A DNA stretch of 63,589 nucleotides, filler included, from Octopus bimaculoides (Eukaryota), in assembly GCF_001194135.2 (NCBI RefSeq). It is 7 parts of 6 records of this genome, joined end to end, with 100 filler letters (N's around TTAATTAATTAA, not from the genome) between each part and the next. Parts side by side here need not be neighbours in the genome. Positions count along the whole stretch, not along the records: positions 48,154 to 52,505 come from NC_068982.1; positions 52,606 to 54,658 come from NW_026337483.1; positions 54,759 to 57,428 come from NC_068999.1; positions 57,529 to 62,056 come from NC_068987.1; positions 62,157 to 63,589 come from NW_026432785.1; 2 more parts are not named here. One strand, given 5' to 3'. The position numbers and the translations under genes are program-made. Numbering within the stretch: the first letter of the stretch is position 1; each line of letters begins with the position of its first letter. Of the stretch, positions 50,430-62,819 are shown piece by piece. The notes beneath the pieces were generated by a model, which had not been told where the DNA came from, ran no database searches, and worked only from the letters and a program-made list of their open reading frames with translations.

Positions 50430-52020
50430 TTCTGTAAATCTTAAGATCTTACAGATTTTTCTAGTCCCTTATATCGTAATCATTTGCAGAGTATGAATTA
50501 GTTCTCTCGCCAAGATCCCAAATTCAGTCATACTTTGCTTCAAAGGGATTTCTATGTATATTGTTACTGCAATGATAATAAGGTATGATGCTGAATGTAT
50601 ATCATGGGTACTGGATTTGCAAATGCATAGGTGTCCTCTTTCTCTTGTATTTCTCTGATTTCTACAACATAACGTATCTTCTTGTGATCCCTCACCACGA
50701 TATCTGGCCGGTTGTGTTTTAACGTGGTTGCTGTTTTAATTTTTAAGTTCCACCAATATTCTTTTGAGCCATTGATCTCAATATAGAGAACTTTGTCTGT
50801 AGGTGTTTTCTTTTGTTATTCTGTTTCAAATCGTCTTGGCCAACACATCATGCCTCCCAGGAAGATAATATCTAGAAGATATTCTTTCGCAGATGGCAAT
50901 AATGTGGTTGATGTCTTCAATCTTGATCTTGTACAGCTTACATTTGTTGTCTGTCAACGTTTTCTGCATCTTAGGCTGTAGGTACTTGGTGAAGATCTCT
51001 TGTTCCTGAATTGCATGAGTGTAAACTCCAAAATGGGATGTCATATTATTGTCAGTAGTCTTTGCCAAACTCTTGACATGATCATTCCCTTCTATGGTTC
51101 GTTTTTCGTGCCAAGTGCCCATGTACTATCTTCTCAGTGAACTGCTATATTTGTTTTATTTTGTTCTTCTGATAAATAGATTTTATCAGTGCTCCTTGGG
51201 AAGCGCTCTGTATCAGCTCTTATTTCATATTTCTCCTCAAGTTCATGAGCTATCCTAATTATGTTACTGATTTCGTGACCGCAAACATGGGCAAGATAAT
51301 TACTGATTTCATTTTATGCTACAGACGTTTCAGTATCACAATACGTGCTTCGTATGATAGCAATACATATTTGAGACCACAACCACCACACTTGTTTAGG
51401 GAGTTAAACCTTCCTGCATGTCCTCCATTGATGTTGAAATTTGCTGTAACACTGAGCAGCTTGCGAGTTTGGACATCTATCTCATTGCATTCTTGCAGCG
51501 ACCAGTTCAGAAGGCCAAACATAGATTTGAGGACATCACTGCAAAGCTGTGGACAATATGTTTGGAGTTCTGATGACTATGCTCTCTTTACCCCCCTGAA
51601 GTAGTCATTCTTGGGCCTCTACTTTTTTATGGGCCCACCATATCTGACATTCTCATTTTGACCAAATACCTATAATTGTCGCCTGATTGCAGAGGATATA
51701 TTGTCAAGCCGTTCCTTTTTACTTTTACAGAGGGTACAAATTTTCCACGTTTCATTGACAAAAATGTACGTTTGGACTCAACAAATTGCATGCCAATGTC
51801 TGAATAAAATTGAGTAGTGGGGCCCAAATCATTTCTTATATGATTGGTATTTGCGCCAAACAGTTTCGAGTCGTCGTCAAAGATAATATGAGATACTTCT
51901 GGATCCATTTCTGTGGCTATTTGTGAACAGTTATGATAACGGATTAGTGAGAGGACGGAGAGCAACACCGACAGGCTATCACCAAGAAAGATGCCCTTTT
52001 GGTAATGAATGCTATCCGAC
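50430..52020 (-). pseudogene. Longest R4/Dong-like LINE copy: RT, CCHC, RLE, ORF end (frameshifted)
   Basis: YQKGIFLGDSLSVLL (GIFQGDSLSPL), VSHIIFDDDSKLF (HLLYMDDLKL), CKLYKIKIEDINHIIAICERISSRYYLPGRHDVLAK; 5' junction on ACATACATGCATAC. Confidence 0.85.
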
Positions 52021-52605
52021 TTGTATGCATGTATGTGTTGTAAGAATGCCATAATACTGAATATCTTAAGTGTGAATTATTGAAAATGCATTTTGTAATA
52101 TTATACGTCATATCATCATGCAAGATTTGTTGTTTTTAGCACGCATGTCAAAGTTTTTTTTTATTCAATACTCTTGTGTCATTTATTTTATTCAGTTCTG
52201 CGATTATATTTTAGCTTTCAGTAAGAGGTTGATAATTCTAAAGTGGTTAGCTTTTCCTTATTTTGCCCGATTAATATCTCGATACGCTCAAAACGAGGCC
52301 TTGTGTTTGCAAGATAAAATCATATAAATTTTAATATTAATTTTAATCATGGATTCATTTATGAAGCCTGCCCAAATATCAAATAAATATTTTTGCCGGA
52401 ACGCTGATTTCAGTGCATAGGTCTGTACCATATATATGCTCCAGTCAACAATGTACCACCTGGTCTAGGAATTGAAACCGTGATCTCGCGATCATGAATG
52501 CAGCANNNNNNNNNNNNNNNNNNNNNNNNNNNNNNNNNNNNNNNNNNNNTTAATTAATTAANNNNNNNNNNNNNNNNNNNNNNNNNNNNNNNNNNNNNNN
52601 NNNNN

Positions 52606-53079
52606 ACTAACGGGAACTAACGGAAACAAACGGAAACTAACGGGAAGTAACGGAAACTAACGGAAACTAACGAAACTAACGGAAAGTAACGGAAACTGAC
52701 GGAGATTAGCGGAATGTAGCGGAAACTAACGCAAACTAGTGCAAATTAACGGGAAATAACGGAAACTAACGGAAACTAACGGAAACCAACGGAAACTAAC
52801 GGAAACGAATGGAAACTAACGGAAACTAACGGAATCTGAAGGAAAGTAGCGGAAAGTAGCTGAAACTAAGGGGGACTAACGGAAACTAACTGAAACAAGT
52901 TGAGAGTAACGGAAAATAACGGAAACTAACGGAAAGTAACGTAAACTTACGGAAACTAACGGGAGGTAACGGAAAGTAACGTAAAGTAATTGAAACTAAC
53001 GGAAACTAACGGTAAATAACGGGAATTAACGGAAACTAACGGAAAGTAGCGGAAAATAACGGAGAGTAACGGAAACTAA
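52606..53079. repeat. 10-bp minisatellite array (CTAACGGAAA)n, about 45 units
   Basis: Directly visible; variants GTAACGGAAA, CTAACGGGA; left end in a gap. Confidence 0.95.
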
Positions 53080-53152
53080 GTGTGCCATAGGACACCCCAG
53101 GATGTGCCACCCTCTAAATGTGCCATTGGGCTCCCCAGATGTGCCACCCTCG

Positions 53153-53217
<65 letters not shown>

Positions 53218-53469
53218 NNNNNNNNNNNNNNNNNNNNNNNNNNNNNNNNNNNNNNNNNNNNNNNNNNNNNNNNNNNNNNNNNNNNNNNNNNNNNNNNNNN
53301 NNNNNNNNNNNNNNNNNNNNNNNNNNNNNNNNNNNNNNNNNNNNNNNNNNNNNNNNNNNNNNNNNNNNNNNNNNNNNNNNNNNNNNNNNNNNNNNNNNNN
53401 NNNNNNNNNNNNNNNNNNNNNNNNNNNNNNNNNNNNNNNNNNNNNNNNNNNNNNNNNNNNNNNNNNNNN

Positions 53470-54355
53470 GACTTTTTGACTAAAAATATAACAAGACTAA
53501 TGCCAAAGATTTAAATCTGAAAACATGTACATATCGATGTTATTGTGGCCGCTTGGGAGTCTTGTTGAATGAAAATATAAAGTTTTAAGAAACCTAAAGA
53601 CCACGATAAGATAAATACAATAATCTAATATTAACCTCAAATCCGATAAAAGTAGAAATCTATATGAAATTGACCACAATATTTCAAACTCAACCGCCAA
53701 CTAATATAGGAAAATTGACATCGTTGTGTTTTGGTACGGACGAAGAAGCACAGGAAGCTGTACATAAATGGCTACGCAACCAGTCAAAAACATTCTATGT
53801 GGGCCGCTGAAACTAACGGAAACTAACGGGAAGTAACGGAAACTAACGGAAACTAACGGCAAGTATCGGAAACTAACGGAAAGTAACGGGAACTAACGGA
53901 AAATAACGGCAAGTAACGGAAACTAACGGGAACTAACGGAAAATAACGGAAACTAACGGGAAATAACGGGGACTAACGGAAACTAACGGAAACTAATGGA
54001 AATAACGGAAAGTAACGAAAACTAACAGAAACTAGCGGGAACTAACGGGAACTAACGGAAAATAAAGGAAACTAACGGAAACTAACGGGAAGTAACGGAA
54101 ACTAACGGAGGGTAACGGAAACTAACGGAAACTAACTGAACCTAACGGAAAGTAACGGAGAGTAACGGAATGTAACGGAGAATAACGGAAACTAAAGGAA
54201 ACTAACGAAAACTAACGGAAACGAATGGAAACTGACGGAAACTAACGGGAAGTAACGGAAAATAAAGGAAACTAACGGAAACTAACGGGAAGTAACGGAA
54301 ACTAACGGAAACTAATCTTTAGCATTAGTCTTGTTATATTTTTTGTCAAGACGTC
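53470..54355. mobile_element. TIR-bounded element containing a mariner transposase C-terminal fragment and a (CTAACGGAAA)n array
   Basis: 42-bp inverted repeats 53470-53511 and 54314-54355 (38/42); FGTDEEAQEAVHKWLRNQSKTFY at 53730-53810; array 53811-54315. Confidence 0.75.
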
Positions 54356-54474
54356 AGTCTGCGATCGTAATTTTCTAATAAAATTTTAATTTTTTGCCGA
54401 ACTAAGATTTTTTTTCAAGGCAAGGAAAGTTGATGCAGTGGATTAAATTGCTCTGTAGAAAAAACGTGTATACT

Positions 54475-54650
54475 CTTTTACTTGTTTTAGTCATTTGACT
54501 GTGGCCATGCTTGAGCACCACCTTTAGTGGAGCAAATCGACCTCAGGACTTATTCTTTGTAAGCGTAGTACTTATTCAAACCGTTAATTTACGGGGACGT
54601 AAACACGGCACCATCGGTTGTCAAGCGATGTTGGAGGGACACACACACAC
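54475..54650 (-). mobile_element. SINE family C, 3' part
   Basis: CATTTGACTGTGGCCATGCTTGAGCACC...GGGGACGTAAACAC is the reverse of the family C tail. Confidence 0.8.
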
Positions 54651-56235
54651 ACACACACNNNNNNNNNNNNNNNNNNNNNNNNNNNNNNNNNNNNNNNNNN
54701 NNTTAATTAATTAANNNNNNNNNNNNNNNNNNNNNNNNNNNNNNNNNNNNNNNNNNNNTGTGTCTGCATGTGTGTGTCCGTGTGCGTGTGTGTGCGCATG
54801 TGTGTATATTTTTTGTGCGTGCGTGTATGTGTATAGTGTGTATGTTTTCGTGCGTGCGTGTGTGTGTGTGTATGTTGTGTATATGTGCGTTCTTGTGTGT
54901 GTGTGTGCATGTGTTTGCTTAGGTACGTGCGTGCAAGTGCGTGTGTCATTTATTCCCCTTGTGTGTGTAGTTGTATGCGTGTGTGGGTGAGTGTGTTGTG
55001 TATGTGAGTGAGTATTGTGTATGTGAGAGGTGTGCGTGTGTGTGTGTGTACATGTGTGTATATGTGTATGTGTATACGTGTATGTGTGTGTGTTTGTGTA
55101 TGTGAGAGGTGTGGGTGCGTGTGTGTATGTGTGTGTTTATGTGTGTGCGCGTGCGTATGTGTGTGAGAGCGTAAGGATGTGTGCCATGTATGTGTGTTAT
55201 TTTGTGTGTGCACTCCTGCGTGTGTGTGTGTGTGTGCATATGTATGCGGCTGTGTACGTACGTGTATGTAGGTGTGCGCATATATATATATAATCAATCC
55301 AAACATGAACAAGCAAGAAAAAACACGAAAAAACAGCAACGCGAGGACGTGCAATATATACAGTGGTATTGGACGGTCAGTAAGGAAAAGAAAAGAAAGG
55401 GGATTTCACGTTTCGAGCGGAGCTCTTCATCAGAAGTATAGGAAAAGTACAAAGAAGTCAAGACAGAGAAAGAAAATCGCCAACGATACCCATGCGGTCA
55501 TATATTGGAATATATATATAAACACTACGCTCATTATTATATTAGGAGAATGATTGTATATGATATTTAATGCTCCAGGCCTGTAAAGCTGTATAACATG
55601 ATTCTGCTTTATATTCATAGAAATGGCAAAATTGTCTGTCGAATGCTCAGTCAGTTAGGCGTGAGTTGAATGAAATTCGCAATTCACATCTGAAAACTCA
55701 TAATCAAAATGTGTGACCGACAAACATTATCTATTTATAATTCTTTGTATAATAATTTCTCGGATGCACGCAAAACATCGATGCTATAAATAATAACGTG
55801 TCTATCCATTCGCAATACACCACAGCAAATTAAAACGTTTGTATTTTAATGCTTTTGGATTCCAATATCGCCGAACATTTTCATTCTTAAACTATGTGAA
55901 TTCTCACTAGGGGTGATACACCCGCGTAAGTGAATTTAAGATACAGGTTATCTGATCGTCCACAGCTACTTCAACGAAGCAATGAGACAAACAAGACACT
56001 TTGTTGTTTAGAAGCAAACAAAAGATTTGCGGAAGCGAACCCATATCTACTAAAGAGATAAATCGTGAGAATCACGCAGCAATAATCATTCATTCATTTA
56101 TTCTTATTTATTCATTCTTAATTTGTTCATAAGNNNNNNNNNNNNNNNNNNNNNNNNNNNNNNNNNNNNNNNNNNNNNNNNNNNNNNNNNNNNNNNNNNN
56201 NNNNNNNNNNNNNNNNNNNNNNNNNNNNNNNNNNG

Positions 56236-56248
56236 GTGGTGATGGTGA

Positions 56249-56282
<34 letters not shown>

Positions 56283-56450
56283 GGTGGTGATGATGATGAT
56301 GATGATGAGGATGATGATGATGATGATGATGATGAAGACGATGACGACGACGATGATGATGACAATGATGATGATGATGATGACGTTGATGATGATGATG
56401 ATGATGATAATGATGCTCTGGTGGTAGTGGTGGTAGTGGTAGTGGTGTGT
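56236..56450. repeat. (GAT)n/(GGT)n trinucleotide tract
   Basis: Directly visible. Confidence 0.95.
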
Positions 56451-56469
56451 TTTTTTGTGTATGTACATA

Positions 56470-56815
56470 CATACATGTAACCATAGGAGCACTGGAATAA
56501 GTAACACACTGCTTGAACACCAATCTTGAGAAATGAGGCTTCTCAAAACCAGAAAGGGAAGAACTGATTCGCATTCTACAGATGGAACCCATTACAGGAA
56601 CTGGAAAATCTATAAAACTTGCCAAAATTTTATCATTTAAGTGTATAATGGGCATGTCAAGATATGCAAGTATAAAATACTTATGCATAGACACAAAACA
56701 CCCTGTTTTTTCATGTTAATATACCAATAAAGGAGCCATAGATGTATGTTAGAAACAGAATCTTTCTCTATTGGCAAGAAATCTTGAAATAAAACTGAAA
56801 TATGGCATACATAAA
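56470..56815 (+). pseudogene. R4/Dong-like LINE ORF2 end plus full 3' UTR, both junctions in TACA repeats
   Basis: VTIGALE*VTHCLNTNLEK*GFSKPEREELIRILQ (compare IIIGALGFLSKCLKENL at 31950) followed by the shared 3' UTR and GGCATACATA. Confidence 0.8.
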
Positions 56816-56877
56816 TATATGTGTGTGTGTATGTATTTATGTGAATGTCTAAATGCGTATGTGAGAAGAAAAAAGGC

Positions 56878-57090
56878 ATTCTGTCGGTTACGATGAAAAG
56901 GGTTCGAGTTGATCCAATGAACGGAAGATTTTGCTAGTGAAATGAACGTGCAAGTGGCAGAGAAAGTGACAAGCAAGTCTACCCTAACGTAGTGCTCAGA
57001 GAGATTCAGTATGACACAGACATGGATAAAGCTGTTCATTTGAAATACAGGTACATCTTATTTTTGCTGGCTGAGTGGAGTGGAGCAAGG
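56878..57090 (-). mobile_element. SINE family B, 3' part
   Basis: Homologous to the tail of 33897-34280. Confidence 0.7.
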
Positions 57091-58486
57091 GGAAATTAAA
57101 TGTACCGCTCAAAGACTTAATGTGTCGCAAGGTATCACATTCACGAAATTACGATGGTCAACTGAATACCACCTCGAAATGCCTTCACCTAAACAACACA
57201 TATTTGTCGTCCCCAGTAAAGCAGCGTCTCTTCTATAGTCGTGTTAATGGAACGGTTCATAACAATGTATTCTTGTTGTACAAGTGGTATTAACTTTGAT
57301 ATTTGACGTAGAGTAATGCACATGCCTTTCAAGAACAACTTATTTGAACGTTTCTGTTTACCTCACGTATCAACGGCTAAAAAAAAACTATGAAAACCTG
57401 GTTTGTTTAGTCTTAAATGTATAGAAGTNNNNNNNNNNNNNNNNNNNNNNNNNNNNNNNNNNNNNNNNNNNNTTAATTAATTAANNNNNNNNNNNNNNNN
57501 NNNNNNNNNNNNNNNNNNNNNNNNNNNNTATATATATATATATATATATCATTCAATTTTATAATATGCAAGTCCATCTTTTATCGAGCACTTAGAAGGC
57601 ATCTACCTCGATTTATGTATCCCTACTACTTTCTAAAACACACACAAACACACACACAAATATGTGTGTGCATGTGCATACATGTATATAGAAATGTTTT
57701 CTCATTTAGATGGTGGCATGTTTGCATGCATTTATGTTTATGATTCCGTGTGTGTTGAGACAGAATGGCCAAAAGCTTCAAGAATTCGTTCCATAACCAT
57801 GAGCTAGTGGGTTCGATGCATTTTCGGGAAATCTCTTCCGCTATAGACGCCAAGCACCCTATGACGTGAATTGTATAGCAGTCAGCCATCGTGGTGTTTC
57901 TAGTCAGAGAAATTAAGGTTTCAGAAGGCCGTGTACTGACAGATTTATTTTGAAAAGCTACATCGTCCCACATTTATTTTGACTGCCTCTCGGATCATCC
58001 ATATCATACAATTGAGTCAAACGAAAATCCTCTTTTTTGCAAATATATTGGATTTCGCTCTGACATAGGGGATTTTTGGAACAGTGAAAATGATTTGTGC
58101 GCCATTACAATAAACGCGATTAGGCGAATCACCATTGAGCAAAATCGCACATGATATGGTTAAAATTATGTATTATTGGCAAAATATTACACCTAATTAT
58201 AGCAGTTAAACTTTATCACCGAATTGCTTTAGCGATTAACTGGAACCAAAATTGTGCCGGTATTTCAAAAGTGTTACGTGAAGCTTAATATATTTCAGAG
58301 AAATATCCTCGTTTCAAAGAAACGTTTACTGCTTCGCTTCGAGCGTGCAATTATACGTAACGAAAATGCATGACAAATACAAACTCCTACCTCTAATCCT
58401 AATCAAAACACAATGGGGTTTCTGAATATTGTACACCTAAAAAAACTGCTGCAAGGAAGGTAGGACCTTTTCATTGTGGACAGCAT

Positions 58487-58646
58487 TGGGGAGCTAGCAG
58501 AAGCGTTAGCACCCTGGACGAAATGCTTAGCGTCATTTCACCTGCTGCAACGTTCTGAGTTCAAATTCCACCGAGGTCGACTTTGCCTTTCATCCTTTCG
58601 GTGTCGATAAAATAAAGACTTGTTACGCACTGAGGTCGATGTAATC
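58487..58646 (+). mobile_element. SINE family A lacking its 3' tail, fused to a LINE fragment
   Basis: Head, B box and central block up to GATGTAATC, then LINE coding sequence. Confidence 0.85.
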
Positions 58647-59320
58647 TGTGGACAAAACGGTGAAACCTTATGGCATATTACCAGCCAATGTACGCCACTA
58701 GCCCAGAAAGATTACAAGAGACGCCACGACAATATAGCAAGGCTTGTCCATTGGATACTCCGCAACAAGTATGGACTTGACAGAGCAAAAAATTGGTACG
58801 ACCACAAACCTGAAGGCATCATCGAAAATAGAAATGCAAAGATCCTATGGGATTTTATGATTCAGTGCGACCAAGAGATTGTGAGATTGTGAATAGGAAG
58901 CCGGACATAGTCTTCACTGAGAAAGAAAGCAAAATATGCTGGATCATAGACATAGCATGTCCAGCTGACAATAAGGTGTGCGATATGGAACAAAGAAAAG
59001 TCGAGAGATATGACAGGTTAGCTTGGGAAGTTAAGTAGTTGTGGTCGATGAAAAAAGTAGCAGTAGTACCAAGAAGTGTCGGAGCCCTGGGAACAGTGAG
59101 TAAAAATCTCGATAAGTACGTAGAACAAATAGGGGCTGCAATACGGGTGGAGCACTTGCAGAAAACAGCAGGGCTTGGAATCGCTCGAATACTCCGGATG
59201 TTGCTCGAACAATAACAGGTGTTACCTTAGTTCACTGGTACTGAACAGCTGACACTGTAGTAGATCTCCAGCGTTAGAAGCTGTGCAAAGGCAACAATAA
59301 TAATAGTAATGATAACCATC
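58647..59320 (+). pseudogene. Dong/R4-clade LINE 3' end (CCHC plus RLE) with (TAA)n tail; a different subfamily from the TACA-associated copies
   Basis: CGQNGETLWHITSQC...RRHDNIARLVHW...KILWDFMIQCD / NRKPDIVFTEKESKICWIIDIACPAD...GALGTVSKNL...ARILRML*, short UTR, AATAATAAT tail. Confidence 0.9.
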
Positions 59321-59357
59321 ATCATCATTATCCTCCCCACCTATTATTATTATCATT

Positions 59358-59442
<85 letters not shown>

Positions 59443-61010
59443 NNNNNNNNNNNNNNNNNNNNNNNNNNNNNNNNNNNNNNNNNNNNNNNNNNNNNNNNNN
59501 NNNNNNNNNNNNNNNNNNNNNNNNNNNNNNNNNNNNNNNNNNNNNNNNNNNNNNNNNNNNNNNNNNNNNNNNNNNNNNNNNNNNNNNNNNNNNNNNNNNN
59601 NNNNNNNNNNNNNNNNNNNNNNNNNNNNNNNNNNNNNNNNNNNNNNNNNNNNNNNNNNNNNNNNNNNNNNNNNNNNNNNNNNNNNNNNNNNNNNNNNNNN
59701 NNNNNNNNNNNNNNNNNNNNNNNNNNNNNNNNNNNNNNNNNNNNNNNNNNNNNNNNNNNNNNNNNNNNNNNNNNNNNNNNNNNNNNNNNNNNNNNNNNNN
59801 NNNNNNNNNNNNNNNNNNNNNNNNNNNNNNNNNNNNNNNNNNNNNNNNNNNNNNNNNNNNNNNNNNNNNNNNNNNNNNNNNNNNNNNNNNNNNNNNNNNN
59901 NNNNNNNNNNNNNNNNNNNNNNNNNNNNNNNNNNNNNNNNNNNNNNNNNNNNNNNNNNNNNNNNNNNNNNNNNNNNNNNNNNNNNNNNNNNNNNNNNNNN
60001 NNNNNNNNNNNNNNNNNNNNNNNNNNNNNNNNNNNNNNNNNNNNNNNNNNNNNNNNNNNNNNNNNNNNNNNNNNNNNNNNNNNNNNNNNNNNNNNNNNNN
60101 NNNNNNNNNNNNNNNNNNNNNNNNNNNNNNNNNNNNNNNNNNNNNNNNNNNNNNNNNNNNNNNNNNNNNNNNNNNNNNNNNNNNNNNNNNNNNNNNNNNN
60201 NNNNNNNNNNNNNNNNNNNNNNNNNNNNNNNNNNNNNNNNNNNNNNNNNNNNNNNNNNNNNNNNNNNNNNNNNNNNNNNNNNNNNNNNNNNNNNNNNNNN
60301 NNNNNNNNNNNNNNNNNNNNNNNNNNNNNNNNNNNNNNNNNNNNNNNNNNNNNNNNNNNNNNNNNNNNNNNNNNNNNNNNNNNNNCATCATTATCTTCAC
60401 CATCATCGTCATCGTCAATCTTCTTTTGATCACTTTGTAATAATGTACATGTTCCGATTCCAATGCAATTAAGTTTTATTCATAGGGTATTTTGTATTCC
60501 ATCACCTATTTTGAAAGACGGCCGTGTAAAGTTATATAAATTGTGAAGAATAACGAAAATAGCCACGATTGTGTCTTACAATAGAATGATCGTTTCTATT
60601 TTGTTATCACTTTTGAAACCTGCCGTTTGGGAAGCTTTAACGATAAATTGGTGAATATTTTATACAAGTGAAGCACAATTGCAATACATTGCGGAAATTC
60701 TTGCTCGATTTTCAGGAAGTCTCTATCTATGGAATTCCGGGAAAATCAAGCCGTAGTTAGAAAATATCGGCAGCTAATAACCGAGGGTCAGTTTCATCGT
60801 TGTTCTAGATGCGTTGTTGGGCAGGTTTAACTATGATGCGGTGAGGGATAGTATGGAAAGTCAAAAACGGTTTCAACCAAACCCCTAGGCACCTACTACC
60901 ACCACCACCAACACCACCGTTACCAGCAGCTGCACTACCACCACCGCTACCACTACCCCGCTCCACCCTCTTCTACTAGCACCAGCACCAACTCCACCTT
61001 GTGAGGATGT

Positions 61011-61243
61011 TCACAATGCCCCGAAGACTAAGTAGTACGGATCTATCAGCAGGGTATCGTTCGTCTTTCCTTCGATCATTTCCCTTGGCATTGACCTGTA
61101 TTCACTAATTATGACAAGCCGCGGTGAGAAACAACGCCCTGCTCTGCATGGTGGCTTGTCCAAGCCACTTTGCCTTGAACACAATGGATAGTCACATTTC
61201 CTTTGAGGCATATCACACCACGTGCCGCCTGCTACAATGACAG
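61011..61243 (-). CDS. Candidate terminal exon of an unknown small Cys-rich protein
   Basis: Acceptor TTTTGTACGCTGTTCTTTTCAG with upstream TTGAC; only the phase-1 frame is open (VIVAGGTWCDMPQRKCDYPLCSRQ...); AATAAA on minus at 60475-60480; no matching upstream exon found. Confidence 0.3.
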
Positions 61244-61960
61244 CTGAAAAGAACAGCGTACAAAATGGGTTGGTCAATGTTTATATTATAAAAACCACCA
61301 TGGATCTGTGAGAGAAATGCCTTAGAAAGAAATAATAATTCAACTTTTGCAATCGTTTGTGAAAAGCAATGTGCCAGTTACGCAGCCATGACACATATGC
61401 GCACGTGTGTGTTTGCTGTGTTTTCAATATATGTGAACTAGTATCTGTTAAAATTGCACGAATGTGATTTGTGTGTGTATTTGTGTGCTAGTATGTGTCT
61501 GTGTGTGTGTGTGTGTATGTGCATATATGCTTCTGCAAGTGACTTTTGGTGCATTGATTTTGTAACTGTACAAATGTGTGTAGTTGTATCGGGAGATGAG
61601 ATTAACCATTGTTGTTATATGCAGCAATTTAAGTCATTATTGTGAAAAGATGTCACTTACTGATGCTTGTCTTTAAACCTATTATTGATGGAGATATTGT
61701 TTAGGAGCATCACAGAGGCCATCCGATCTATTCACACAAAATAAAATGGTTCTGTGAATAAAAGAAGGCTCTAGGTTTTGATGCTGGCACTTTGGATGAT
61801 TCTTACTTACAAAAATAATGATGCAAACACACAAACGCATATATATATATATACATACACACATAGCTCTGTATGTGTGTATGACTGAGCGTGTGTATGT
61901 GTGTGTATTTGAGAGTATATCATATTATATTCGTCTGTCTGCCTCTCCTAATATATATCG

Positions 61961-61998
<38 letters not shown>

Positions 61999-62819
61999 CA
62001 CACATATACCATGCATACATATCTATCTGTCTATCTATCTGTCTATCTATCTGTCTNNNNNNNNNNNNNNNNNNNNNNNNNNNNNNNNNNNNNNNNNNNN
62101 TTAATTAATTAANNNNNNNNNNNNNNNNNNNNNNNNNNNNNNNNNNNNNNNNNNNNAAATTTTTCTGTGATACATGATCCCTTTTGATCATTTTCTTTTT
62201 CTCCTTTTTTTTCTATTTTCAAAAAGAAAAGCTCTACCTTGTATTTTGTCCCTTCTGTGTTCGGCCTTGTGTGACTAATAAAGAAATCAATCAGTTTGTC
62301 TGTCTGTCTATCTATCTATTGACTGACGTGCTGTTGCATTGGCTCCAAAGGTAATCGCTTTTTACGACCTTTTATTGCACATATTTTGTTTTAATTTTTG
62401 TACACAAGGTGTGTGAAGAACCCAACTTTCATTTGAGTGTGTTTTCAAGGGAAGAATTGGCCCCTAGGGACAATTTCAACCCTATTTAAATTTCTATTTT
62501 TCTTCTCGACTGTGAAAAATGTCGAGAAATTTCATAATGGAACACTGGTTCATGGACCAGCATTTCCCTAGCCTTGGAACACTAGGAGAAAAAAAGAATA
62601 AATTCTGCATGCACACACACTTGAATACAGCTACAGACATGAAAAGCACAACTAAATCAAAGAAAAATCTGAGAGACGTGAAAATGAACACTGTCAATGT
62701 CATTGACACTGTAACCACAATCGTTAACAGCCTTGTCACCACCACCACCACCACCACCACTACCACCACCACCACCACCACCACCNNNNNNNNNNCCACC
62801 ACCACCACCACCACCACCA

